DNA of 39,487 nucleotides from Octopus bimaculoides (taxonomy: Eukaryota). The notes below the pieces were generated by a model. The model saw only the letters and a program-made list of their open reading frames with translations. It had not been told where the DNA came from and made no database searches. The stretch's first letter is position 1; every line of letters starts with the position of its first letter. Made by a program: the position numbers and the translations under genes. The DNA lies in the NCBI RefSeq assembly GCF_001194135.2, contig NC_068992.1, forward strand, positions 51,175,853 to 51,215,339, given 5' to 3'. Of the stretch, positions 26,621 through 34,248 are shown piece after piece.

Positions 26621-29600
26621 ATAAACAGATAAGAGGGATATATATATATAGACACATACACATATATATATATTTACATAAACACATATCTATATATGTA
26701 TGAAGGATGTTGTCTGCATTTGGAGTTATTTTCTGTCTGTCTTTTTTGTACCTTTTTTTCCTCCTTTCTTACAATATATTTTATGAATTATCTGATTATA
26801 AAAATTGTTTTCCAGAAATCTCATGTTTGAAAAATTATATGTAATTTTTCAAAATATTATTTCTATACTTCATATTTTGATATATCTTACAAAATAAGTC
26901 ACCAATTTGATCAAATTTTAAAATGGAAAATGTGCTTATTTATATATTATTTTAAAGAAGCAAAGCAAGAATAAGTAATTATTCTAAATAATCCTAATTA
27001 AATGTGAAGAATTTTGCAAAATATGTTTTAAAAAATTATTTCATATTTCTCTAAATTAAAAACATAGTATTATATAGAATATCTGATCATATTTCTGGTC
27101 ACTTAAAAATAACATTTTTTTCTATAATAAAATTACATAAGTGTATGAAGAATTGTTGGAAAATATTACACGATAGCAATTTACAAGTAACACAGCTATA
27201 TTACAAAATATTCATGCACCTTCAGCTGAAAGCCTTCACATCATCATCATGATTGTCATCATTATTGCTGTCATTGTTATGATTGTTGTTCTCAGTTGTC
27301 AGCCACATCAATATCGTTGTTGTTCTTGTCATTGTCATCATCATCATTATCATCATCGTCGTCATCATCACCATCATTGTTGTCATCACTATTATCTTCA
27401 TCATCATCATCATCATCGTCATCCTCCTCCTCCTCATCATCATTGTCGTTGTCGTTGTCATTTACTTCTGTCTTCTATGCTGTCATGGGTTGGACGGTTT
27501 GACAAGAGGTGGCCAGCTGGAGAGCAGCCCAAGCTTCTTGTCTTTTTTTGGCATGCATTCTTTGGCTCAATGCCCTTCATAATGCCAACCACTTTACAGA
27601 GTGCACTGGCATGGGTGCACTGGCATAGGTGCACTGGCATGGGTGCACTGACATGGGTGCACAAGCATGGGAACACTAATACGAGTGCTTTTGTGAGGTG
27701 CTGGTGTAAGTGGTTTTTATGCTATGCTGGCACAAGTGGTTTTTACATGGTGCTGACATGAGTACTTTGCCCTTAATATCATTGATATCAACTTCCTCAT
27801 TGTCATCATCAAAGTCATCGCCATAATCATTGTCATCATTATTATTGTCATCCTTGTTTTCTTTGCTATCACCTTCATTATTTTGCATCTGTTTTCTGAT
27901 ATTTGCCTCAGTCTTCATAGACCGAATTAGTTCTTTTTTAGGGTTAGGTTTTATTGCTTACTCTTAGATGGGGTTGGAACCACATCTCACTCCGACATTC
28001 CACTTTTTAGAATATTTTCTACGGCTGGTTGCTCCTTAAGAGTGTTCTGCTTAGACACAAAGTGATATGGTAATGACGAGAAGTGTAGTTGACTCAAGTG
28101 GACCCATTACTGCTACATACCTTATAAATCCTCATCATCATCATCATTTAGCACAGGGCTGGTATGGATGGATTGGTCAATTCTATAGGGTTTGATGAAT
28201 TGGAGGCTGCCTCATATATCATTATCAAGCTTGGTACAGTTTCCTTGGTTGGATGCCTTTCTTAATAGCATTTTACATAGTGTCATGGGTATAGTTTATA
28301 AGGCACCAGCTCTAGTGAAGATTACCTTGTAAATTGTAAGGCTAAGGGCTTGAAGAGGACTCTATAATTGAGGTAGAGTAGGAGAGGAAGGAGAGAGTGG
28401 GTGAACAGCATATTAACGAAAACACAGATTTCTAACAATCTGAACTCATGACACAGAAAGATAAAAGCTATAAATATTTGCAGTAGACCAACCAGATGGC
28501 AGTTCCCAGTTACCTTACTGGCCCCTATAAAAATACAAATCCAGTTTGTAAGAAGTTAGAAATGAATACAGCATAGATTTTAAGTTTCTGATATTTTAGT
28601 ATTCATTTAACATTTAACATTATTTTGTAGTGTTGCTTCCCTTTTGTTTATGTTTATTTTAAGTTTGCAACATATGTTGGTGATCTCATTAGAGTTAGCA
28701 TTAATCTCATTAGATTTAAGACGTTAGTCTGCCACAAAAAATTTGTGCTTCAATAATTTTTGAATCATTCATGTCCTGCTTTATCACAAGAAGGAATTAA
28801 ATGATTCAAGCATACCAAGGGGTTTGGAAATAATGCTCGAATTCTTTGGCTTTCTACTTAAAAAAAAAATTATTTCGACCAGTACATTTTTGACCAAAGA
28901 GTATAAAATAAATAAATAAATAATAACTAAATAAATAAAAGATGGAAAAATACCAATTTCGATATATTGAATATTTTATGAATTCATGACTAACATTAGC
29001 AAAAAGGAAACTTTTGCTGGAAACTTGGGAAATTTTATGACATGAATTTTAATCAGAACAAAAAAAAAAGAAAAAAAAGAGGAAAAAGAGAGAGACGGAG
29101 AGGGAGAGAGAGAAAATTTTGGATGAAATTAAGCTTTTCTTTCCATTTGTATTTTAAATTTGAATATTTTTTACTAGTGTAATTTCTTAATTCTTATAAA
29201 ATCTTCAGTTGTGAAGCCAGGAGTGAGATTAAGTTGTAATAATTGAAAGTGTGCCATAAGCGCAACATGATTGAGAATCTGCAGTAGAAGAAGTCGTCCA
29301 ATATTGCTTTGTTAAAATTAAACCAATGAACATTAATACATTGAGTTTCTTAAACTCAACGACATCATATTTATATTGTCCCAAGAGAGCTTACCATTTC
29401 TGCAGCTACGATAAATGAATTTATTCTGATACCTATCTTAAACTGGTAGTACTTCCAAACTGTATCAAATAAGAACGCTACTGAGACAAATATACTGCTT
29501 TAATTCAGTCTAAACTAGCAGTAGTAAACTGTTATTACCTATATTGATTTCTTATATTAGCACATCACCACAAAACTGTAAATGAATAGACTAAGGTGAT

Positions 29601-32254
29601 GAGCTGACAGAAATATTAACATGCCCGGTGAAATGCTGGCGGTGAGCTAGCAGAAACGTTAGCACGCTGGGTGAAATGCTAGCAGTATTTCGTCTGCCGT
29701 TACATTCTGAGTTCAAATTCTGCCAAGGATCGACTTTGCCTTTCATCCTTTCGGGGTCAATAAATTAAGTACCTGTTATGCACTGGTATTGATGTAATCG
29801 ACTTAATCTCTTTGCCTGTCCTTGTTTGTCCCCTCTATGTTTAGCCCCTTGTGGGCCATAAAGAAATAAGAAACATTAGCACACCAGGCAGAGAGAGGCA
29901 GCATGGAACTTTGTCAGTAAACAGGTTGCAGTTTCAAAGCAACGAGAATATTTTGACAAATTAAATTTAAATATTGGAGTGAATCTAACGGTTTTTGTGC
30001 ATTTTTAAATGACTTATAAACACCTTCTCGTCACCACTACGAAATTTATTGAACAACCATTGTGCTGTACGTTCATTAGTGGTTCTTGGACCAAATGTAT
30101 CGTTGATATTGCGAGCTGTTTCAGCAGCTTTTCAGCCTAGCTTGAATCGGAATAAAACAATTGTGCGAATTTGCTTTTTGTGTATATTGTATTTAACGTT
30201 CCGGAAAACATGGCCAAATTATTCAAAAAGAAAAAGAGTAACACGATTATATAGAATGAAAAACGGGTTTTAAAATGATATATAAAGTCAAAGGAATTTA
30301 ATGAAAATTAATTTGAGAAAACATCATTTAATGCCAAAATTAAAAATTCCACAACAACTTTCTTGACAACCTAATATATATATATAAGGTTAGAGATTGG
30401 AATAACCATGTGTATAATTAGCTATGTTAACCTTGCTCATACATATGCAAGTATATTATGCTCATTGGTTACGGCAATGATAAAGATAAACATATGTTTA
30501 TCAGGAATTAAATTAAAAGTAAACAGAAAATGGAGAAATATTGATCAACAACAATTGACTGGTTCTGCTTCTAATGTTCTACTGTATTGCCAATGGTCAA
30601 TCCCATTACGAGCAATAGGTGGATGGTCTTTACAACACATATCAGTAAGTAAATAATTGTAATTAATTGATGGGCACTTTATTATGATAAACTATTAATT
30701 ATTACTATTAACATGATTTTAAGAACTATCATGATTACTTCAAAACGTTATGGCACTCTCATTCCCTCTTTGTCTAAACCTATTGTCATATCCTTTTATG
30801 GTAAATTTTTTACTTTACTATTTTTATTACTAATACACCCTGTTACCTTCATAGAAATTTTAACCCTCCAATTAATATTTTAAGTTTGGTCATTTACGTA
30901 ACATCCTTAAGTGGCACATATGCAAAATGGTATGATTTGAATATATTAAGCCTTTGTCTTCTTCTCGAGGCTCTTCTTTTCTTTCCTTTCATGTATTTTT
31001 CTTCACTGATGAAGCTCCATGTTCCAGATCGGATGTGTTACCAAATATGATGAATGCTATTTTCAGAATTTTCAATGGGAATACAATGGAACATAGGAAG
31101 CAGAAACAGCTCTAAAATTAAACTTAGGATTTATGGAGGGTCAAAGTTGGGAACAAAAAAATGACACTGAACACTGATGCAAACATACACACACACTTGC
31201 ATGCATACATACATACATAACATACATACATACATAACATACATACATACATACATACTTGGAAATGAATGTGTCGCATTTAATTAAATAATAAATAATA
31301 AAACTATATAATATATATATAAATGCATATATGGGTACGGGACATCACCAATGGTGCAAATAACATGAAATACATAAACAACGAGAAACAAATGGAAAAC
31401 AGTACAATGCTGTGTCATTTTGTCCCATAACCTAGAAGTTCAACAATCTGATACTAAAAAGAATAATAATTGAAATAAGCATTGGTGTAGATATGATGAA
31501 CTAAAAATCCTGTAAGAAATGCTCCAGCATGGTTGCAGTCCGATGGTTAAAACCAATAAAGAAAGAGTATAACAGAAATAATTAAATGCACCAAAACAAA
31601 TCTAGCCTGACACTGTCTCATACTTATGGTTCCATCATCTTTATTACACATTACAAAATAATATTTAATACTTCTACAGCCAAATTACCCATCAGACAGC
31701 TGTTCAATAACAATTATTATCATCAGTCCTCACAATTCTGAATCTATAACACACACACAGACACGTATACACACACAAACATACACATGCGCACTCACAT
31801 ACATATACACACAACACTCAAATACACATACACACACATAACACTCCTATAAATGATTTCTATAAAAAAAAAATCAATATATATATATATACATATATAG
31901 CAATCACTTACACTAGTTAATAGAGATGATCAGGCTACACAAGAACTGACGAGGACGTAATTATAGCTGAAACGGTTTCATTCTAATTACAAAACTTACT
32001 CCTTTGCCAAAATTTACGTTTTAACCCCTATATGAATTCATAGAAATAACAAACATATCTTAATACATGTAATTTACGTATCAACATCGGTTGTCAAACA
32101 ATTGCAATTAGTTTCCTTTGTAATTAATTATATTGCTAAATATTGATGACACTATTTAGGTTTCTTTGATGTTGTTTTATTTCAGGTATTTTTTTTTATC
32201 AGTGTAACCTCAATCTTTTTAAGGAAGCAATGAATTTTGAATATAACTTTTATG
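916..32254 (+). CDS. CCDC142: Multi-exon protein-coding gene (partial, internal exons), probable CCDC142-like helical protein
   Basis: Manual splicing of AG/GT-bounded exons with compatible phases gives [167 protein letters not shown]. The motifs LP.EC...RLL...LIW, LL.Y...P..LL..L.DL, I..L...(I/L)Q....E.LS and R.WR occur in the order and approximate spacing I recall for human CCDC142. The identity rests on memory, not on a search. Confidence 0.55.
2432..2539 (+). CDS. CCDC142: Exon, phase 1 to 1: (E)[35 protein letters not shown]
   Basis: Acceptor tttactatttttctag| and donor CTAT|gttagt. The 108 nt are open in one frame with protein-like composition. Confidence 0.65.
3040..3520 (-). mobile_element. 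Degenerate Penelope-like element 3' remnant (GIY-YIG C-terminus plus terminal region)
   Basis: Minus 3518->3357 reads [63 protein letters not shown] is the usual PLE endonuclease end. A decayed hammerhead-like motif lies downstream at 3072-3044. Confidence 0.55.
4040..4112 (+). CDS. Candidate exon, phase 1 to 2, with GC donor: (S)[23 protein letters not shown](R)
   Basis: Acceptor aaattattcag| and donor AAG|gcaagt. It is the best-fitting candidate I found to bridge the phase-1 end at 2539 and the phase-2 start at 6087 without a stop; tiny alternatives at 5285 and 5401 have weaker support. Confidence 0.4.
4376..4645. mobile_element. hAT-like non-autonomous DNA transposon (MITE)
   Basis: The right end cagtttgaaaaccactg (rc CAGTGGTTTTCAAACTG) matches the left end gtttttcatact, which is truncated by a gap. 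Internal ggacccc motifs are present. Confidence 0.7.
4835..5200 (+). mobile_element. 3' end of a CR1/L2-group LINE (ORF2 C-terminus plus 3' UTR)
   Basis: ORF 4863-5126 contains [45 protein letters not shown], a typical ORF2 terminal pattern. The 3' hairpin CAGCTCTGAGCTGAAAC and an A-rich tail follow. The clade is uncertain. Confidence 0.75.
5887..5957. repeat. (CTT)n/(CCT)n microsatellite
   Basis: Seen directly. Confidence 0.9.
6087..6165 (+). CDS. CCDC142: Exon, phase 2 to 0: [26 protein letters not shown]
   Basis: Acceptor aatttattattctcag| and donor GAA|gtaatg. It joins in frame to AFYAG of exon 11487. Confidence 0.55.
6400..6482 (-). mobile_element. SINE family B head fragment
   Basis: gaatttgaactcag...gtttctgccagctcaccacc is the reverse complement of the family head. 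Confidence 0.75.
6775..6990 (+). mobile_element. SINE family B
   Basis: gagctggcagga..aaggtcgactttgtctttcatccttttaggactgataaaataagtacc. Confidence 0.8.
7745..7975 (+). mobile_element. RTE-type LINE or RTE-dependent element 3' end with (GAT)n tail
   Basis: cattacactctgtaaagtggttgg..catccagacgtag matches the reverse complement of the copies at 27478-27610 and 21895-22105, and it ends in GAT/GAC repeats. Confidence 0.55.
8251..8481. mobile_element. Degenerate MITE with piggyBac-like ends
   Basis: Left tcaatcctttagcattt and right ctgaattttaaaaggttaa resemble TTAA-CCCTTTAGCATT...AATGCTAAAGGG-TTAA. Confidence 0.45.
9007..9211. repeat. Compound (CT)n/(TG)n/(TA)n microsatellite before a gap
   Basis: Seen directly. 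Confidence 0.9.
9740..10045 (+). mobile_element. Highly degenerate R4/Dong LINE 3' end (restriction-like endonuclease region)
   Basis: 9745-9759 reads KYQNL and 9991-10041 reads [17 protein letters not shown], matching the R4/Dong terminal pattern KY.DL...IQK.ALLGTA.ILRKVL. Confidence 0.5.
10202..10465 (-). mobile_element. Full-length SINE family C (tRNA head, CORE-like and V-domain-like segments) with a 15-bp TSD
   Basis: The rc head GTGGAGGCACGTGGCTTAGTGG carries an A box, and a B box GTTTTGATTCC follows. TSD cagttaatcctaata lies at 10187-10201 and 10465-10479. Confidence 0.9.
10480..10692 (-). mobile_element. SINE family B
   Basis: gaaaggatgaaaggcaaagtcagccttggcagaacttgaactcag..ttctgccagctcgccgc. 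Confidence 0.85.
10700..10893 (-). mobile_element. SINE family B, older copy with an internal deletion
   Basis: ccccagtactcaactggtacttattttatc..aaagtcaaccttggcagaattt..ttctgccagct. Confidence 0.75.
11487..11611 (+). CDS. CCDC142: Exon, phase 0 to 2: [41 protein letters not shown](L)
   Basis: Strong acceptor attattttcctttacttttctgacag| and donor TT|gttagt. Only one frame is open, and GC content is higher than in the flanks. Confidence 0.8.
11636..11699. repeat. (CA)n microsatellite
   Basis: Perfect run starting 25 nt downstream of the exon 11611 donor. Confidence 0.95.
11892..12060 (+). mobile_element. SINE family A 5' part (tRNA head and CORE-like)
   Basis: gtggctgtgtggtaagaagcttgc..gtggcaccttgcgcaagtatcttctactatagc..gccttgtgagtggatt..ggaaactgaaag. 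Confidence 0.9.
12285..12418 (+). mobile_element. SINE 3' tail module
   Basis: aaataagtactaggctt..gatgctccagcatggccgcagtcaaatgactgaaac..aaagaataaaagaata. Confidence 0.8.
12945..13438 (-). mobile_element. Composite SINE family A, full length (head/CORE, CA microsatellite, middle module, tail); spans a spurious gap
   Basis: Tail tttacttgtttcagtcatttgactgctgccatgctggagc at 12945 and head cccaaggtgccttgcagtgggactgaacc at about 13355-13385. Confidence 0.85.
13811..13843 (+). CDS. CCDC142: 33-nt symmetric micro-exon, phase 2 to 2: (L)[10 protein letters not shown](E)
   Basis: Acceptor gattgtcatttgtag| and donor GA|gtaatg. It is in frame between exons 11487 and 24672, and its inclusion gives 48 aa from DL to E.LS, versus about 49 in recalled CCDC142. 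Confidence 0.55.
16699..16781. repeat. (TATC)n microsatellite
   Basis: Perfect tetranucleotide run. Confidence 0.95.
17901..18218. repeat. Compound (ATC)n/(GTC)n/(AGC)n triplet array
   Basis: Seen directly, about 320 bp. Confidence 0.95.
18630..18860 (-). mobile_element. Composite SINE family A, partial
   Basis: tcggtctcttttgctgaaccgctaagt..gacgggcttctttcagtttccatctaccaaatccactc..gaagacacttgcccaagatgcc. Confidence 0.85.
18920..19410 (+). mobile_element. Penelope-like retroelement 3' remnant: GIY-YIG C-terminal Cys-rich segment plus terminal repeat region with a hammerhead
   Basis: [10 protein letters not shown](W; 1-nt frameshift at 18991)[57 protein letters not shown] matches the W.I.....Y.....C.LC..EK..I....LN.R.E..SKC.H pattern of PLE endonuclease ends. 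Confidence 0.75.
19337..19404 (+). ncRNA. Type I hammerhead ribozyme motif (PLE-associated), stem II degenerate
   Basis: Stem I ATAGAGT (19338-44) pairs with ACTCTAT (19397-403). Core CTGATGA at 19345-51 and GAAA at 19384-87. Stem III is A-T, C-G, C-G with a TCG loop. The cleavage triplet GTA is at 19394-96. Confidence 0.7.
19600..19990 (-). mobile_element. RTE-clade LINE, degenerate ORF C-terminal fragment
   Basis: The minus strand reads ..[15 protein letters not shown].. (RTE motif MLRWMCNVS), followed by decayed WYGHV/RGRP-region sequence. Confidence 0.7.
20160..20270 (+). mobile_element. SINE family B head, degenerate
   Basis: aaggtagtgaattggcagagtcgttag..ttttgagttcaaatc. Confidence 0.6.
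20620..21060 (-). mobile_element. RTE-clade LINE reverse transcriptase fragment; likely the same insertion as 19600-19990
   Basis: The minus strand reads [21 protein letters not shown] (about 20915-20850) and [17 protein letters not shown] (about 20713-20663; decayed LLYADDL). Confidence 0.7.
21079..21309. repeat. Tandem duplication of a 117-bp cryptic TG/TA unit (2 copies)
   Basis: gtgtgttgtatatacacacaaatgtctacacatatgtgt recurs at an offset of 117 nt. Confidence 0.85.
21895..22105 (-). mobile_element. RTE-type 3' end with (GAT)n tail, degenerate
   Basis: An (ATC)n run is followed by atgctggtatggg..tattttggtatagtttcta..ggatacccttct..gcc, homologous to 27478-27610. Confidence 0.55.
22232..22847 (-). 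mobile_element. Composite SINE family A, full length, interrupted by a nested family B copy
   Basis: Tail at 22232-22330, middle module to 22470, and CORE/head at 22699-22847. Confidence 0.85.
22471..22698 (-). mobile_element. SINE family B nested in family A, 15-bp TSD with one mismatch
   Basis: gcttctttcagtttc (22456-70) and gcttctttccgtttc (22699-713) flank a complete B copy. Confidence 0.85.
22905..23075 (-). mobile_element. R4/Dong LINE fragment, restriction-like endonuclease region
   Basis: The minus strand reads [48 protein letters not shown], matching WY.H.P..V.EN...KILWD..IQ....RRPD. It abuts (ATC)n at 23074-23118. Confidence 0.8.
24046..24296. repeat. Polypyrimidine (CCTT/CTTT) degenerate microsatellite
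   Basis: Seen directly, about 250 bp with almost no purines. Confidence 0.9.
24672..24747 (+). CDS. CCDC142: Exon, phase 2 start: (E)[25 protein letters not shown]; alternative donor at 24700/24701
   Basis: Strong acceptor tttttgttctttgtgttgtttcag|. Possible donors are TTAA|gtaaaa (24700, phase 1) and AAG|gtgaag (24747, phase 0); the end is uncertain. Confidence 0.7.
25684..25895 (+). mobile_element. SINE family B
   Basis: atgagctggcagga..gaggtcaaatttgcctgtcatcctatcaggggtcgataaaataagtac..gtgccaaaatttgaaacc. Confidence 0.85.
27240..27460. repeat. Degenerate (ATC/GTC/ATT)n array; probable tail of the adjacent RTE-type end
   Basis: Seen directly. Confidence 0.85.
27478..27770 (-). mobile_element. 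RTE-type 3' end containing a 14-bp tandem repeat
   Basis: catgggttggacggtttgac..ttttggcatg..tgcccttcataatgccaaccactttacagagtg is followed by about 5 copies of GTGCACTGGCATGG (27601-27670). Confidence 0.6.
28135..28325 (-). mobile_element. RTE-type 3' end, degenerate
   Basis: (ATC)n is followed by gctggtatggatgg..ggttggatgcctttcttaat..ggcaccagc. Confidence 0.5.
29593..29870 (+). mobile_element. SINE family B with a tandemly duplicated head
   Basis: Two heads (aggtgatgagctgacagaaat..gtgaaatgct and ggcggtgagctagcagaaacg..gtgaaatgct) precede the core gatcgactttgcctttcatcctttcggggtcaataaattaagtacc. Confidence 0.9.
30020..30374 (-). mobile_element. Mariner (Hsmar1/SETMAR-like) transposon 5' fragment
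   Basis: TIR TTAGGTTGTCAAGAAAGT starts at 30374 and is flanked by TA. The minus strand reads [50 protein letters not shown], the mariner N-terminal HTH region. Confidence 0.9.
30505..30644 (+). CDS. Candidate exon: [46 protein letters not shown]
   Basis: Acceptor catatgtttatcag| and donor TCA|gtaagt, with a second donor 4 nt downstream. The frame is open, and RKWR...SAS resembles the recalled RYWR...SAPS of CCDC142. The upstream junction phase is not resolved. Confidence 0.4.
31006..31114 (+). ncRNA. Degenerate hammerhead-ribozyme-like motif with a long stem II insert
   Basis: CTGATGA at 31006-12. GCTCCATGTTCCA (31014-26) pairs with TGGAACATAGGAAGC (31087-101). GAAAC at 31103-07, then AGCTCTA. 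Stem I is weak. Confidence 0.45.
31199..31258. repeat. (ACAT)n microsatellite
   Basis: Seen directly. Confidence 0.9.
32186..32254 (+). CDS. Candidate exon: [22 protein letters not shown]; alternative acceptor at 32203
   Basis: Acceptors gttgttttatttcag| (phase 1) and tttttttatcag| (phase 0) share one open frame. The donor TATG|gttggg is weak. Confidence 0.45.
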
Positions 32255-32368
32255 GTTGGGTTACATTTTTTTTTTCCATAAAAACAGATGTAAAGTTTCA
32301 CAAGTTCAATCCTAACACAGACAGACAAAATGTATCTATATATGTATGTGTATATATAATACATGTAT

Positions 32369-32836
32369 AGGCACAGATGTGGCTGTATGTTAAGAAGCTT
32401 GCTTCCCAAACACATGGTTCTAGGTTCAGTCCCACTGCATGGCACCTTGAGCAAGTGTCTTCTACACTCGCTTTGGGCTGAGCAAAGCTTTGTGATTGGA
32501 TTTGGAAACTGAAAGAAGCCCATCATGTATGCATGTGTGTTTGTTTGTATGTGCTTGTGTGTGTGTGCGTTTGCGTGTGAGTGCATGTGTGTGTGCGTAT
32601 GTGCATGTGTGTGTGTGTAGTGAATGTCTGTCTTTGTGTCTGTGTCCTGCTCCACCACTTGACAACCAGTGTTGGTGTATTTATGTCCCTGTAACTTTGT
32701 GGTTCAGCAAAGATATCAATTGAGTGAGTACCACACCTAAAACACCAAATACTGGAGTTGATTCATTCAACTAGAAATTCTTCAAGCCGATACCCTAGCA
32801 TGGTCACAGTCTAATGAGTGAAACAAGTAAAAAAGA
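32369..32836 (+). mobile_element. Composite SINE family A, full length
   Basis: Head and CORE-like ggcaccttgagcaagtgtctt, then a TG microsatellite, the middle module gtaactttgtggttcagcaaag, and the tail cctagcatggtcacagtctaatgagtgaaacaagtaaaa. Confidence 0.85.
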
Positions 32837-32858
32837 TGTATATATATAGGTATATATA

Positions 32859-32905
<47 letters not shown>

Positions 32906-33348
32906 AAGATGGATATTAAATGATGATATATATGCATGTATGTTTAAATATCTATCTGTGTATGTATATATACATACACACGTACACACACATNNNNNNN
33001 NNNNNNNNNNNNNNNNNNNNNNNNNNNNNNNNNNNNNNNNNNNNNNNNNNNNNNNNNNNNNNNNNNNNNNNNNNNNNNNNNNNNNNNNNNNNNNNNNNNN
33101 NNNNNNNNNNNNNNNNNNNNNNNNNNNNNNNNNNNNNNNNNNNNNNNNNNNNNNNNNNNNNNNNNNNNNNNNNNNNNNNNNNNNNNNNNNNNNNNNNNNN
33201 NNNNNNNNNNNNNNNNNNNNNNNNNNNNNNNNNNNNNNNNNNNNNNNNNNNNNNNNNNNNNNNNNNNNNNNNNNNNNNNNNNNNNNNNNNNNNNNNNNNN
33301 NNNNNNNNNNNNNNNNNNNNNNNNNNNNTATATATATATATATATATA

Positions 33349-33415
33349 TGGTGGTGCATCAGCATGGCCGCAGCTCTAAGCTGAAACTTAAAGAAAAAAT
33401 AAATAAATAAAAAAA
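33349..33415 (+). mobile_element. Extreme 3' end of the same LINE family as 4835-5200
   Basis: ggtgcatcagcatggccgcagctctaagctgaaac (33353-87) matches 5147-81 at 33 of 35 nt and is followed by an A-rich tail. Confidence 0.75.
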
Positions 33416-34211
33416 TATCATCATCATCATTATAATCATCATTTAATGCGTGCTTTCCATGCTAGCATACATATGTATATATACATAGACAGACACATAT
33501 AAACACACAAAGAATCCAGAATTAAATTCCATGTTTTTCTTCTGTAGAAAGCCCGTTACTTTCACTTTTGTTTTTTTAATACAATTCCTCGCATTGTTTA
33601 CCTTCCATAATTCGTGTTAAGCTATGTCAGCAGTAAATACATTTGTTCCGCACCAGTCTTGTTTACATTTAATTTACAATATTTTGTCTGTGATAAGCAT
33701 TTTCACACAAGAAAGAAAATAAATAAATAGATAAATAAAAGAAAGAAAGAAAGAGTCGATATACTGTTTGTTTTTATATTGTTATTTCCGTACTTTTGCT
33801 TAAGAAATTGATATATAAGAAGTATATTTAAAAACTGTAAGACAAAATAAAAGGATAAAATAATATGGTCATAACTTTTAGAACCTCTAAGACTATTTAT
33901 AAATAGAGAAAGCAGCAATTGTAGGGATTTGTGTTTACAGTATGTTCTGTGAAAACATTATGTGAATTTTTTGGCAGATATACATGAGAGATATTAAAAA
34001 CTTACTGAAGAGGAAATATACAATAGGAAATGGAAGTTAACAACATATATTCAATTTCTTACTTATGGATGATGTTAAACGTGGTGAGTATTGTGTTGTA
34101 GTTATTGTATACGCGTAGTAGCAGACGTTTGCAGACAATTTCTCATTTATCTTTGAATATTTTCAGTTACTTTTAGTAGACAGTATTTCCTCCTAGTAAT
34201 ATAAGGAAAAA

Positions 34212-34248
<37 letters not shown>

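Noticed and set aside
27222-27918. His-, Ser- and Asp-rich ORFs
   Set aside because: They are translations of ATC-type microsatellites and an RTE tail.
33941-34083. Acceptors at 33940 and 33977 with the strong donor GTG|gtgagt
   Set aside because: All three frames contain stops, so it cannot be supported as a coding exon. A terminal or UTR exon is not excluded.
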